64,000 nt of DNA from a virus (taxonomy: Duplodnaviria > Caudoviricetes). Under the pieces are notes generated by a model that worked only from the letters and a program-made list of their open reading frames with translations, made no database searches and was not told the DNA's origin. Shown here piece by piece: positions 1 to 10,222 of this stretch; the first letter of the stretch is position 1; each line of letters opens with the position of its first letter. The stretch is taken from positions 4,965-68,964 of the IMG/VR virus record IMGVR_UViG_3300012808_000024; one strand, written 5' to 3'. The position numbers were made by a program, and so were the translations under genes.

Positions 1-2846
1 CCCGTCTCTGTGCCGATTGTCTTGCCGGACAGGACGTCTGCCGCAACGGCGTCTCCGTACTCACCCCCTTCACCCTGCAAGAAAAAATTTGAGCCATCGT
101 AGACGAGCGTGTAAACGGAACCTGCTTTGAGCAATCCAGCAGCCGGAGCAACACCGGATGGCTTGAGGATCGGCTTAGCACCTAATCCGTTGACATTGAT
201 CGTCGGATTAGCTCCATTCGCGACATGCATTTTGGCTGTTACGCGCAGCCCACCCGCGAGCGTAGGCACTGGGCTTAGTGTCAACGTATAGGCCGTACTG
301 GTGCCTGCCGTTGTCCCATAGCCGTTACGGTTAGCGCTAGTTGTCTCCAACGCTCCCAACCCTAACACTAATCCCAATTGGTCATCTCGCAGGTCATCTA
401 GATCCAACCGCAAGTTATCGATATGCGCCCCGTCCTCCGTCTGATTACGGTTGATTACGTCCGCACGCCCCGTCAACCTCGCAATCTGCTGCGTATTGGC
501 AGATACCGCAGAGCCTATATTGCCCGCGTAACTGACTGTAGCAGCGTTGATGCCCGCTGAATAGGTGTATCGGTCTAGGGCGATGTAGGTGACGTAGTAA
601 TCGGCGTTAGGATCACGGTCTACTGACGTTATGCTTGCTGATTGATTACCATAGGTAGGTATATTGACGGTATGATTGTTAAGTTGCCACTTCACGTCAA
701 TACCTCCATCCTTGTACACAGCGAGTATCCGATCCACGCGCAAAGACAATTTGGTGCTGACGTTGGCTCCATTGATGTAATAGCGCCCATCTGATACATA
801 ATAAGATGGATTAGCCTTCTCCCGCAGCACCGCCCCCTCTTGCATCGTCAGCGCATTAACCCCCGGATGCAGGTTAATCACGCCCTCGATCCTCGCAGGC
901 TCTATGACAGGCTTAGCGAGCTGGTATTGCAGCGTGCCGTAGCTTACCCAGCCGGGCGCTTTGTTGGCGGCAACGTAGGCTTCGCTTTGCGTGGCTGGCT
1001 CTGAGCCATCGAGATTGGAAATCCACCCCGTATAGGTCGTACCGTTACTGTTACGCGCCCTCCAGCCATTGAGCAGCGCCTTGATGGCGTTAGGTGTGGG
1101 GTTAATACTGTCTATCCATCCGCTTATGCTATTAGGGATTGATAGATACAGATTGGAAATCGAACTACGGAAATAGAATGCATCTCCAATTGTCGGAGAC
1201 AGAAAAGCCTCCGTCGAATTTCGTAGCGTTACCCCACCATACCGGATACCCACTCCGGTTCCCTCCACGTAATCGCCAATGTTAGTTTTGGGGATGGCAA
1301 TGCCCTTGTGTCCAGATGCCGAATACGAAAATACGGCAGGTAGCGCACCAGTAAGCTCAATGCTCCCTACCAGCCGCGTAACCTCCTGCGTAGCCAATCG
1401 CACCTCATCCCGTACACCTGACGGCAGGCTTCGCAAGGTTTCGTCAATGGTAATCCGCTGATCCTCTCGCGGCACGAATGACGGTGGAAGATCGGAGAGA
1501 CCGCCCAATATGATCAAAGGCTCCTTAATGTCTGCTGCTCCTGCCGAAGTGCTATAAAACGTTATCCGCACTTTGACGCAATCAGCGGGAGTAGTGAACG
1601 TTTTGGAGCTTACGCCAACTAGCGTGAGATTGCCCAAATAAGTTACCGTGCCCGCAGCGTTAATCGAATCGTAGTTAATCCGCCCCACTCCCGATAACTC
1701 AGCTTTAACGGTTATCTGGCTGCTTGGCGGCACGGTTATTTCGACAGTGCTTGCTTGGTTTGCTGCCGTAGCATTTAGCGTCATCTCATATGCTGACGTT
1801 GCAGCAGCATTGGCATGTAGCGACCAGCGCCCGAATGGCGGTACAAGGTTACGCCCCGGATGCTCCAGCAGTGCGCCCCGTAGCGATTGCATACCGTCGA
1901 CATACGGATAAGCTGCGTCGATTGCTTCGCCAGTCAGCGTTGTGCCGATGGCTGCTGCTTCTGACGCGCTGATTTCGTAGATACGGATTTCATCGAAATA
2001 AATAACCCCAGTTGACTCGCCTGTTGTGCCAATATACATCCTGAAACCGTTAGACGTAATAGTATTGGATGTCGGTATTTTCACGTGGACAAAATTCCAC
2101 GCCCCGACGACCAGCCCAGACCCGGCCGGACTTGTTGCGTACCTTAAAGCTGCCCCTCCTGAATCAAATAACCTTATAGTAAATCCCCCGCTTGTATAGG
2201 ACTCAACATACAGCCACGCCCCAACTAGATAACATTTCGTTGGATCAAGCTTATAGTTGTAGTCTTTATAGGCAAGTGCATGGGAATTTGAGGCGACAAC
2301 CTTTATCGAGCTTGTTCCACTCCGCTTCTGAGCCGTTGACACCGATACACTTGCATCGGCCTGAAACGGTGTTAAGCTTTCACAGCCTCCATCTTTGCCG
2401 AGCAGGTTAAGATCCGTCCGCCCGTACACATACCCATCCAATAGGCTCGCTTGATCTGTTTCGATCTTGTTAACCCCTCGCTGGAGCTGCGTGGTGAGGG
2501 TGGCGGCTTCTTCGGTCGCTTCCGCCAGCGCCGTAATATTATCGACCATGTTGTTATGATCAGCAGCCGTATAGTACCGCGCTACCTTCGTGCTAACTGG
2601 CCAGCTCCGCGCAGTCGTCCCGCCGAACCCCCGCGTGCATCCTGTCAACGTATTACCGGATTTGCCCGTGTATTGAATCGTCTCCGCGTTACTGTCTGTG
2701 CCGATCGTAATCAAGCCGGGCGCATCCGGTATGGTACTAGCCGCCACGGTCAGCAGCGGAATCGTAGTGACTGAATCGTTAATAGCCGCTGACAACTCTG
2801 TAGGCGACGAGTTAGCAACGGCTTTATACATCGGTTTAAGTTCCAC
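1..2846 (-). CDS. Large tail fibre / receptor-binding protein, runs off the left edge
   Basis: GTG at 2846 with GGAGG 9 nt upstream. Open frame to window start, so not in the ORF track. Reads VELKPMYKAVANSPTTELSAAI...CTRGFGGTTA, then a CBM-like segment (..IYFDEIRIYEI), ending ..NPTINVNGLGAKPILK..VYDGSNFFLQGEGG. Confidence 0.85.
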   Translation of the reverse strand, partial: MELKPMYKAVANSSPTELSAAINDSVTTIPLLTVAASTIPDAPGLITIGTDSNAETIQYTGKSGNTLTGCTRGFGGTTARSWPVSTKVARYYTAADHNNMVDNITALAEATEEAATLTTQLQRGVNKIETDQASLLDGYVYGRTDLNLLGKDGGCESLTPFQADASVSVSTAQKRSGTSSIKVVASNSHALAYKDYNYKLDPTKCYLVGAWLYVESYTSGGFTIRLFDSGGAALRYATSPAGSGLVVGAWNFVHVKIPTSNTITSNGFRMYIGTTGESTGVIYFDEIRIYEISASEAAAIGTTLTGEAIDAAYPYVDGMQSLRGALLEHPGRNLVPPFGRWSLHANAAATSAYEMTLNATAANQASTVEITVPPSSQITVKAELSGVGRINYDSINAAGTVTYLGNLTLVGVSSKTFTTPADCVKVRITFYSTSAGAADIKEPLIILGGLSDLPPSFVPREDQRITIDETLRSLPSGVRDEVRLATQEVTRLVGSIELTGALPAVFSYSASGHKGIAIPKTNIGDYVEGTGVGIRYGGVTLRNSTEAFLSPTIGDAFYFRSSISNLYLSIPNSISGWIDSINPTPNAIKALLNGWRARNSNGTTYTGWISNLDGSEPATQSEAYVAANKAPGWVSYGTLQYQLAKPVIEPARIEGVINLHPGVNALTMQEGAVLREKANPSYYVSDGRYYINGANVSTKLSLRVDRILAVYKDGGIDVKWQLNNHTVNIPTYGNQSASITSVDRDPNADYYVTYIALDRYTYSAGINAATVSYAGNIGSAVSANTQQIARLTGRADVINRNQTEDGAHIDNLRLDLDDLRDDQLGLVLGLGALETTSANRNGYGTTAGTSTAYTLTLSPVPTLAGGLRVTAKMHVANGANPTINVNGLGAKPILKPSGVAPAAGLLKAGSVYTLVYDGSNFFLQGEGGEYGDAVAADVLSGKTIGTET

Positions 2847-2860
2847 TGATTACGGCCTCC

Positions 2861-3259
2861 TTATGGTTGGATGAATCGGACGAGCGCTTTGTTCTGCGCG
2901 ATGATAAAACGGTCATCTAACTGAATGCTGCGCGGATTTTCAAGCGGCGCGAAATACATCAAGTTTCCGCCCGTCGCCGCCGTCCGAATCCCGAAATACG
3001 ACACCGTGCCCCAATTGGCTGTAGCGACTGGGAACGGCACATCTGCCGAGTTGCGCACCGTGTAGCTGCCGTCAATTACCGTAGGTGCCGACATAGTTAC
3101 GGCCTGCCTTGCGTAACCTCCACCGCTTACTTCCGTGCCTGTATCGGCCTTTGTCGGGTTGGACGTGTATAAGGCGAGGTACACGGTTGTTGGCGCGGTA
3201 AATGCGATCCCTCGTAATGTTGCGTTTAATAGCTGCTGTGCGAGCCAATTGCTTATCAT
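2861..3259 (-). CDS. Small tail/baseplate-associated protein (132 aa)
   Basis: VYLALYTSNP..EVSGGGYARQAV..ANWGTV..G motif typical of phage tail accessory proteins; lies between Dit and fibre. Confidence 0.7.
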   Translation of the reverse strand: MISNWLAQQLLNATLRGIAFTAPTTVYLALYTSNPTKADTGTEVSGGGYARQAVTMSAPTVIDGSYTVRNSADVPFPVATANWGTVSYFGIRTAATGGNLMYFAPLENPRSIQLDDRFIIAQNKALVRFIQP

Positions 3260-3262
3260 GCG

Positions 3263-3817
3263 TTAGCCTCCTTCTAGGCGATATTCGTTAGTTAGGACAA
3301 TCTTCGGGACTGTCGTCGTCCCGGTGTTTACGAGGATGATTTCCGGCGGCGTCGGCTCGGTGCCGTCCGAAGTAAGCAACCGAGAACTTGGCCGACTTGT
3401 GATTACATACTCCTCAATCCGCTCGGGTCCGTAGGCGAACGGATCGGAACACTTGAAAGTGAGCGTAAATTGTCCGTACTGTCCGATCTGTTCCGGCCGA
3501 AGCTGCCCCGTCAACTTGGCAAAATAAAAGCGGTCGGGAACGTCGTCAAAAACGAGTATCCCGGCCGCCTGCGTAGGCTTGAGCCATTGGTATATTTGGC
3601 TTTGTCGTACCTTGAATTGATCGCTGGTTACGTCAATGTCTACGGTTACGTCAATTGCTCTCTTTCCGTATTCAGTTCCGTAATCAATAACGCCAGGCAA
3701 CCCGTCAACCTCATCCTCGTACTCCCGCAGCTCCGGGGAGTTGGCGGTATAGTTGAGCAGGTTGACGCCGAGCGTGCTGCTATGCTTTCCACGGTATGTA
3801 AACCCGTATCCGATCAC
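3263..3817 (-). CDS. Distal tail protein (Dit)
   Basis: Directly after TMP; F.YRGKHS..LGV, LVFDDVPDRFYFAKL, F.CSDPFAY. Confidence 0.85.
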   Translation of the reverse strand: MIGYGFTYRGKHSSTLGVNLLNYTANSPELREYEDEVDGLPGVIDYGTEYGKRAIDVTVDIDVTSDQFKVRQSQIYQWLKPTQAAGILVFDDVPDRFYFAKLTGQLRPEQIGQYGQFTLTFKCSDPFAYGPERIEEYVITSRPSSRLLTSDGTEPTPPEIILVNTGTTTVPKIVLTNEYRLEGG

Positions 3818-6800
3818 CTAACACCGCCACCTCCTCCGATTATTGCCCGGCGAAGCATCTCCGCCGTAGCCTCGCCTGCGTTGCGTCCATAAGCGTTAAG
3901 ATCAACGTTATCCTCAATCGTAGGCTCATTAACCTGCATACCTACAAGTGTTTCGATATGGACGGTACCCGCCGCAGCCGCACGACCTCCGACAAGCTGC
4001 GTAATCTGCTCTGGAGTTAACACAACCTCGCCCCGCCGTAGGATCGCCGTCAGTTCGTCCGGCATGAGCATTTGACCGACAGAAAACGGCTGTTCGCCCG
4101 CAATGCCTCCGGTATGATACAGCGGCACGCTGTCCTTATACCACCGTCCCTCGCCGCTGTTGTACGTGGCTCCGACCTGTGTACCTAACCGCTGATTCTC
4201 CGCCGCCAGCCGTTGCTTGCCCGCCGCGTCTGCCGATTTCCAAGCGTTGCTATTCGCTTGCATTTGGTAGACGAGCGATTGCTGATACGGGTCGATTGCC
4301 GGGGCCGCGGCCGCCGTAATCGAGGCCATTTCCGATTTGAATCGCTCCATTTCCGCTTTGATTTTGGCGTTAGTTTCGACAAATGCGGCGAACCTCTCGT
4401 CTTCGGTCGTCTGATAGATCGAAATGAAATCGCCGTTGAAGTCTTCTATCGTCGCCTTGAGGTCGCTGTACCACGAGTCAATATCCGCCTTCTGACGATC
4501 GAGCGCCGCGAGTTTATCGTCCCGCTCGGCTGCCAGCGCCTTCTTATTGTCCTCGACGTCCATCTTACGGAGCTGTTCCTGTAACTCCTCGTACCGTTTC
4601 CGACCTTTTTCCGAGGTAGCAAACCGGTATTTCTCCGCTTCTTCTTCGATTTTCTTTCGGTCGCGGCCACGTTCGTACTCGTCAACGATGCGTAAAAGAT
4701 CGTCGTAATGATCTTTTGTCGCCTTCTTACGGACTTCTAGCCCTTCTAGTTCGGCCTTCCGCTGTTTGTCGATAGAGTCGATGACAGATTTCGTAAGCTC
4801 TTTCGTTGACTTCTCGGCATTCTGTGCAGCTTCCTTCGCTGCTTGCTCGTCTTGCTTACGGAGACTCATTCGGGCGTTGTACATTTCGCGATCCGCCCGC
4901 TTGTAAAAGTCGGAGTCCTTTTCATAACGGTTCCTGACCCGCGTCCATGCCGCTAGCTGCATTTCCGTAATGTCACGTTCCGATTCGCCCTTCTCCGTCA
5001 TGCGGCGCGTCTCCATGTCAATCCACTCGGCAGATGCGTCGAATTTGTCGCGGGCAGCCTTTTGTGCGGCCTTAGTTGCGTCTTCTTGGCGGCGGGTTTC
5101 GTCATCGGCGCGTTTCTTATCGGCAGCCGCCATTTGGTCGGCAAGTTGATTACGGCGCTTCGTGGCGTCGATCCAAATATCGTCGTACTTCTTGTGTTTA
5201 TCCGCCAGCGTGGCGAGAGCGGCAAGCTCCTGCTGTTCCGACATCTGATTGAGCAGCCGCTTCTTTTCGATATATTGGAGCGATGCACGATAGGATTCCT
5301 GTGCTATCTGCTCGGCCGTTTTTTCCTTCTTCGCCTTTTTGTCGCCGGATTTGTCTTTACGCAGAGAGCGCGTAAAGTCTACGTCGCCTTCGCCGCCTAC
5401 ACCAAGCCCTCCGCCCGTCCCGCTGAAATCGCTGCTCCAGTCTCCGCTATCCAGCTTTGCTAGTAGTCCGTTAATATCGTTGAGCGCGTTTGTGTACGTG
5501 CTAACTTCTCGTTCATAGGCGGTTTTTGTACCGTCAGTCACTTGGCGCATAAAGAGTGCCGCCGATTTGAGCGTAGGATTATCGCCCATTAGCCCGTAAG
5601 GATCGTCAGGCCCGGAGAACGTTTTGCTTCCAGACTCCGAGATGGCCGCCAGTGCTTTCAATTGTGTCTTTGCGTAATCTAGCTTTTGCTGCGTCTCAAT
5701 CCGCCAAGCTTCCGTCCGCTTCTTCGCGTTCTCAACGGTACTATTAACTGCGTCCTTTTCCGCGGTGATAAGCGACCTTACGCTAGACTCGTTGGTAATA
5801 ATCAGCCGACCGTTTTCGTCCAGTTCGGTACTTAATCCCGGTAACTTGTCAGTCAACTCTCCGACGACACGCGCAAGTTCTGATTTTTCTGCGGCGGTCA
5901 GAGTCGTTTGACGGGACAGCTCCGAGTATCTGTCGGACAGTTTCTCCGTCTGTTCGATCTGAGATTGTTTAGCAGCGGTGTCCTTTAGTTCCTCTTTCAA
6001 CAAGTCGGCTAAGGCAGGTATTGACTTTTGGATTTGACCGTTCAACTCTTCTATTCTGCGGGCTGCATCCTCTGGTGTTTTCACGTCAAACGTAACCTTC
6101 AACTGCTGTTCTACGTTCCGCAACTGTTGCTCCATCATGACGAGTTCGCTCGACTTACCCGCAATGACTCGCCGTGTATTCGCCCAAAACCCCTCCGGCT
6201 GTGCCTCGTCAATCTTCCGTACAAGTTCCGCCTGTTTTACGAGCAGGCCGTTCAGCGAGTCGATTTGGTCACGCAGATTATTTACGTCCTCTGCCGTGCG
6301 CTCGAATGGGGCTTTTTCAAGCTGCGCGTTGAATTCCGCTTGAGCTTTAGCTGCTTCTGACGCAGTGGCTCTGTAGGAGATGAACGCAGCTCCGAGAGTT
6401 CCCGCCGCTGCCGCTGCTACGGCAATCCACCCAAGGGAGGCTTTTGCGATTATCCCGGCAGCAGACAGTGCCTGTAGTGCCGCATACAGCCCGTAAATTC
6501 CCGTAATCAAAGTCCCGACTCCGCCCGTTAGTAGCGGAAAAGTTACGAGAAATACACGCAGACCCGAGTCCATCTCGTTAAACCCTAGCAACGCCCGCGT
6601 AACAGCTTCGGCAGCCGACCGCATGATCGGAATGAAGTCGTTACCTACCGTAATGCCCACGCCTTCTAGCGCAGATTTCATCGCGATTACGGAGCCGTTA
6701 AACGTATCGAGCTGAATGTCTGCGATTCGCTGCGCCGTGCCGCCCGCGTTTTCCAAGTCGGCCGAGAACCGCTTCAACTCGTCGGCTCCCGTATTGAGCA

Positions 6801-7728
6801 ACGTCAGGAAGCCAGAAGTGGATTCGACGCCAACCAGAATAGCCGCCGCTTGAGTACGTGCCGCTTCGGAAAGCCCGCCGAACGCCGTCTCGAGCGACCC
6901 GATAATGTCCGTAAACTCCCGAATATTACCGCCCTCGTCGATAATCGATACGCCCAACTGATCGAGTATATCCTGCGCGCGCTTCGTTGGCTTAACGAGC
7001 CGTAACAGCATCATACGTAGCTGCGTACCGGCCATTTCGCCTTGAATACCGGCATCGGACAATTTTGCGATAGCGGCCGCCGTGTCTTCGATGGATACGC
7101 CGGTAGTTGCCGCGATAGGAGCGACGTACTTTGCGGCATACCCGAGCTGTTCAATGTTCGTATTAGCGTTCGTCATTGTGCGCGCCAATACGTCAACAAC
7201 GCGGCCAGTTTCTTCCGCAGAAAGCTGAAATCCCGTAAGGATATTCGATGCAATGTCGGCAGTCCTCGCTAAGTCCATTTGTCCGGCCGCCGCCAAGTTG
7301 AGAACGCCCGGCATAGCGGCAAGGATTTCGTTGGTTTTAAATCCAGCCATTGCCAAAAATCCCTGAGCATCTGCCGCCTGGCTTGCCGTAAATACAGTCG
7401 TCGCTCCGAGTTCGAGCGATTGATCCTGAAGCCGCTTGAATTCGTCAGCCGTCGCGCCTGTAATCGCCTTTACTTTCGCCATCGATTGCTCGAATGTTGC
7501 CGCCACTTCGACGGACTTTGCGATAACCCCCGCCATTGCAGCAGTCAGCGCTCCGAACGCGATCCCCAGGTTTCTTACGTTGCCTTCCGTGCGCTTCGCG
7601 CTGTCGCCCGCACCGTCCGTTCGTTCCTCCAGGTCTCGTAAATTACGCCGTACTTCGTCGATTTCGCGGCGAAACTGCGTCATCTCCAAAACCATCCGCG
7701 CGCGTATTTCGCCTACATCCGTTGACAT
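3814..7728 (-). CDS. Tape measure protein (TP901-type core)
   Basis: 1304 aa; FEQSMAKVKAITGA..LGATTVFTASQAA..GIQGEMAGT core; long coiled coils; C-terminal HTGG. Confidence 0.95.
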   Translation of the reverse strand: MSTDVGEIRARMVLEMTQFRREIDEVRRNLRDLEERTDGAGDSAKRTEGNVRNLGIAFGALTAAMAGVIAKSVEVAATFEQSMAKVKAITGATADEFKRLQDQSLELGATTVFTASQAADAQGFLAMAGFKTNEILAAMPGVLNLAAAGQMDLARTADIASNILTGFQLSAEETGRVVDVLARTMTNANTNIEQLGYAAKYVAPIAATTGVSIEDTAAAIAKLSDAGIQGEMAGTQLRMMLLRLVKPTKRAQDILDQLGVSIIDEGGNIREFTDIIGSLETAFGGLSEAARTQAAAILVGVESTSGFLTLLNTGADELKRFSADLENAGGTAQRIADIQLDTFNGSVIAMKSALEGVGITVGNDFIPIMRSAAEAVTRALLGFNEMDSGLRVFLVTFPLLTGGVGTLITGIYGLYAALQALSAAGIIAKASLGWIAVAAAAAGTLGAAFISYRATASEAAKAQAEFNAQLEKAPFERTAEDVNNLRDQIDSLNGLLVKQAELVRKIDEAQPEGFWANTRRVIAGKSSELVMMEQQLRNVEQQLKVTFDVKTPEDAARRIEELNGQIQKSIPALADLLKEELKDTAAKQSQIEQTEKLSDRYSELSRQTTLTAAEKSELARVVGELTDKLPGLSTELDENGRLIITNESSVRSLITAEKDAVNSTVENAKKRTEAWRIETQQKLDYAKTQLKALAAISESGSKTFSGPDDPYGLMGDNPTLKSAALFMRQVTDGTKTAYEREVSTYTNALNDINGLLAKLDSGDWSSDFSGTGGGLGVGGEGDVDFTRSLRKDKSGDKKAKKEKTAEQIAQESYRASLQYIEKKRLLNQMSEQQELAALATLADKHKKYDDIWIDATKRRNQLADQMAAADKKRADDETRRQEDATKAAQKAARDKFDASAEWIDMETRRMTEKGESERDITEMQLAAWTRVRNRYEKDSDFYKRADREMYNARMSLRKQDEQAAKEAAQNAEKSTKELTKSVIDSIDKQRKAELEGLEVRKKATKDHYDDLLRIVDEYERGRDRKKIEEEAEKYRFATSEKGRKRYEELQEQLRKMDVEDNKKALAAERDDKLAALDRQKADIDSWYSDLKATIEDFNGDFISIYQTTEDERFAAFVETNAKIKAEMERFKSEMASITAAAAPAIDPYQQSLVYQMQANSNAWKSADAAGKQRLAAENQRLGTQVGATYNSGEGRWYKDSVPLYHTGGIAGEQPFSVGQMLMPDELTAILRRGEVVLTPEQITQLVGGRAAAAGTVHIETLVGMQVNEPTIEDNVDLNAYGRNAGEATAEMLRRAIIGGGGGVR

Positions 7729-7732
7729 CTAC

Positions 7733-8020
7733 TCACCTCCTGCCTATGCGTTGTCTTAGTTTCGCTAACCCTTCGGTATCGAGCCGGTCACCGCGCACCT
7801 CATTGTTATTGCCGTTATTCAAATCAGCCTTGAGGTGATCCACGAATCGCCCGTAAGCATCCTTGTCCGTAGATTGACTCATGCTCGCGATTTGCAACGC
7901 CATTAGCCGTTCCTCCGCCGTCTGCGCCGTCTTGTGTCGTAATATCTCGGGCAGGTCAATCATGTAATACTCCGCTTCGAGTGCCCGCTGACTGACGCCG
8001 AGCCTGATCGCCGCCGACAT
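7733..8020 (-). CDS. Tail assembly chaperone, frameshift extension (gpT-like)
   Basis: In the -1 frame from the slippery site in the upstream gene (KRQSRSRPV..GITLDEWLMSAAIRL); immediately precedes TMP. Confidence 0.75.
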   Translation of the reverse strand: MSAAIRLGVSQRALEAEYYMIDLPEILRHKTAQTAEERLMALQIASMSQSTDKDAYGRFVDHLKADLNNGNNNEVRGDRLDTEGLAKLRQRIGRR

Positions 8021-8037
8021 TAACCACTCGTCTAGCG

Positions 8038-8457
8038 TTATCCCTCGCTGTTGCCGTCCTTGACTGGCGCTCGGAACCGGCCGAGAACGGCTTTGACGTT
8101 TTTTAGCGTCTGCTCCAAGTCGTTACGTTCGGCCGTCAGCCGGATAAACTCGATAATCTCATTTGGCGTAGCCTCATTGCGGATGTAGTCCGGCTCCAAC
8201 TCCGTAAGTACTGCAACGATGCGGACGGATTCGTCAATCGCCAAACCAGCCGCCGCGACGATAGCGGGTACAAATTGGTCAGAGTGTTTCGTTGCCAGAA
8301 CGGTAAGAGCGAGCCGAGGCAGTGATTCGATTACGCCGAATAATTCTTGCCATTTGGCAATCGTTAATTTCGGGATCGTTACCGGCTTGGAACCGATGGT
8401 CACCGCAGGAACGGCGGATTTATCGAATAATCGTGATATATTCACGGCAGTTTTCAT
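8038..8457 (-). CDS. Tail assembly chaperone (gpG-like)
   Basis: Between tail tube gene and TMP; contains slippery heptamer. Confidence 0.8.
   Translation of the reverse strand: MKTAVNISRLFDKSAVPAVTIGSKPVTIPKLTIAKWQELFGVIESLPRLALTVLATKHSDQFVPAIVAAAGLAIDESVRIVAVLTELEPDYIRNEATPNEIIEFIRLTAERNDLEQTLKNVKAVLGRFRAPVKDGNSEG
8098..8104 (-). other. Programmed -1 frameshift slippery site A-AAA-AAC
   Basis: CTA AAA AAC in frame; -1 frame is open into 8020..7733. Confidence 0.8.
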
Positions 8458-8473
8458 CTCCAGTCAGGCGCAA

Positions 8474-8507
8474 ATTTAAAAGGACGGCTCCGTAAAAGAA
8501 CCGTCCA
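8474..8507 (-). terminator. Rho-independent terminator after major tail gene
   Basis: GGACGGTTC-ttttacg-GAGCCGTCC followed by TTTTAAATTT on minus strand. Confidence 0.6.
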
Positions 8508-8526
8508 TTTGTCGTTTGTTTATCGT

Positions 8527-9063
8527 TTACGCTTCGGCTTCGGGGTCGCCAAAAGAAATCAGCAACCCGTCCTCTGCCGGGAAACCACGGAAAGTGATAT
8601 TCGTAACTAGCTCGTTATCGTATGTGTAGCTGTAGGATAGGTTGGACTGCGGCCCTGCTTTGTGCAGCACTACGATGTCGTCCGCTTTTGCGTAACTATC
8701 CAGCGGTTCAATTTTGAGTTTCTTGGCGAATGGAAACAGCCGTTGCACAATCGTAGCCTTAATGTCCACGCGCTTTTTCGTAGGGTCTGTCGCGTCAACG
8801 ACCAGCGTCGCACCTGGAATGAGCTTCGATAGCTTCTCTAGATCGCGCTCGACCATCGGGACTTCCACCGTTGCTGTCCGTCCCGTAATGATTACGTCAG
8901 CCGGGGTAGACCCTAGTTGGTCGATGTTAATATCCCGCGTGGTTTCTTCGTAAGTCAGCGTTACACCGCCTTGTGTCTGCTCCATTACTACCGGCGCCGC
9001 TCCGTCAAAGTCAAAAGTAACTCTGCACGGGCCTAGCGAGATTTTTTCCGCATTTGCTGCCAT
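8527..9063 (-). CDS. Major tail tube protein
   Basis: 178 aa; ISLGPCRV, TQGGVTLTYE, GRTATVEVPM; position in tail operon. Confidence 0.85.
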   Translation of the reverse strand: MAANAEKISLGPCRVTFDFDGAAPVVMEQTQGGVTLTYEETTRDINIDQLGSTPADVIITGRTATVEVPMVERDLEKLSKLIPGATLVVDATDPTKKRVDIKATIVQRLFPFAKKLKIEPLDSYAKADDIVVLHKAGPQSNLSYSYTYDNELVTNITFRGFPAEDGLLISFGDPEAEA

Positions 9064-9121
9064 TTATCGTATCCCCTTTCGTTTGTCACAAAACAAATAG
9101 GCAGTCCCGAATAACTGCCCG

Positions 9122-9502
9122 TTAAGTCTTGCCGTTGATTAATCTTGCCGTAAAATTAACACTGTACAGCGCCCGATTATTGTCGTCGACTCCGAGATAG
9201 AGAGGCGCAGGCTGATCGGCAAAAGTTGCTACGATGCGCTGAGTGCCGATGCTGAAAGAACGCCGTTGGTGGTACGCCGTCCAAATAGCTAATGCCGTCG
9301 CCTCCGCAAGAACCGCCGTTTTCGCACGAACCACGACTTGGAACGTTGGCCGAAGCTGCGGCGTCCACTGCGAAGGTGCGTACCCGCCAGTAATCCGCAC
9401 ATATGCCGAATTGTCCGCGCCTGTAGCCAGGAACTCATTAACGTAATACGTGTACGGTACGGCGGCCTCAACGGAAGCTTTCAGCTCGTTTACCGTAAAC
9501 AT
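9122..9502 (-). CDS. Tail terminator / tail completion protein
   Basis: RPTFQVVVRA..YLGVDDNNRALYSVNF; position before tube gene. Confidence 0.7.
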   Translation of the reverse strand: MFTVNELKASVEAAVPYTYYVNEFLATGADNSAYVRITGGYAPSQWTPQLRPTFQVVVRAKTAVLAEATALAIWTAYHQRRSFSIGTQRIVATFADQPAPLYLGVDDNNRALYSVNFTARLINGKT

Positions 9503-9888
9503 TAGCCCAACTCCCGTCTGATCGCGTCGTTAATCATCTGATCGTATAAGTTAGCGCGCTCTTGTAGTGGACCGGAGAGGTATTTCGGTCGGGTTCCGGG
9601 CGTCGTCGGGTTTTTGTATTCGCCCATTTCGTGCATCCTGAGCGCATAGTTGAATCGGCCGCCCGGTCCCGACTCTACTGCGCTGTATACGACCTCGCCT
9701 TCGACGGTATCCCTCGTCTTCTTGACGTCTGAGAACGACGTCATCCGCAGTGTGCCTTTGTCCAGCGGGGCTATGTTACGTGAAACTCGTAACAGATCGT
9801 CGCAGGCATCCTGTACGCCTGTCTCGGCTGCCGTCATCACCTTGTTTACGAGCCGGTCCAAGTTGCGGCTAATATCGTTTGCACTCAT
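9502..9888 (-). CDS. HK97 gp10-like neck protein
   Basis: APLDKGTLRMT, YALRMHE, PKYL motifs. Confidence 0.75.
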   Translation of the reverse strand: MSANDISRNLDRLVNKVMTAAETGVQDACDDLLRVSRNIAPLDKGTLRMTSFSDVKKTRDTVEGEVVYSAVESGPGGRFNYALRMHEMGEYKNPTTPGTRPKYLSGPLQERANLYDQMINDAIRRELG

Positions 9889-10208
9889 CTGACATACACC
9901 ACCGTTAGTACCGTTTTACCGTTAATCCATCGCTTCCGCGCCGTTGTAATTGTCCTATACCTCCGCGACTCGCCCGTCTCATCTAAGTACTCGTATTCGT
10001 GAGCAGGGCCGATGGGCGCAAATTTGTCGAGGTAAATCTGCGCGGAAGATACGACCTCGCGACCGTGCTGATCCGATACAACCGCCGTGCCCTCCTGAAA
10101 CCGACACCGTAGCGTAAAAGGATCGGAGCCGGGAACGGGGTTGTTTGGGTCGTCCGAATCCGGCGGATATACGGTCACTGACTGGCGCAACGAAATGCCC
10201 ATCGGCAT
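9885..10208 (-). CDS. Head closure / head-tail joining protein
   Basis: 107 aa; V.DQHGREVVSSAQIY; position. Confidence 0.65.
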   Translation of the reverse strand: MPMGISLRQSVTVYPPDSDDPNNPVPGSDPFTLRCRFQEGTAVVSDQHGREVVSSAQIYLDKFAPIGPAHEYEYLDETGESRRYRTITTARKRWINGKTVLTVVYVR

Positions 10209-10222
10209 GAGTTACCGCCTCC

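Noticed and set aside
1-2846. Diversity-generating retroelement acting on the fibre
   Set aside because: No reverse transcriptase and no TR/VR pair seen; fibre C-terminus is outside the window
4560-5350. Repetitive charged segments in TMP
   Set aside because: Normal coiled-coil periodicity, no DNA-level repeat system
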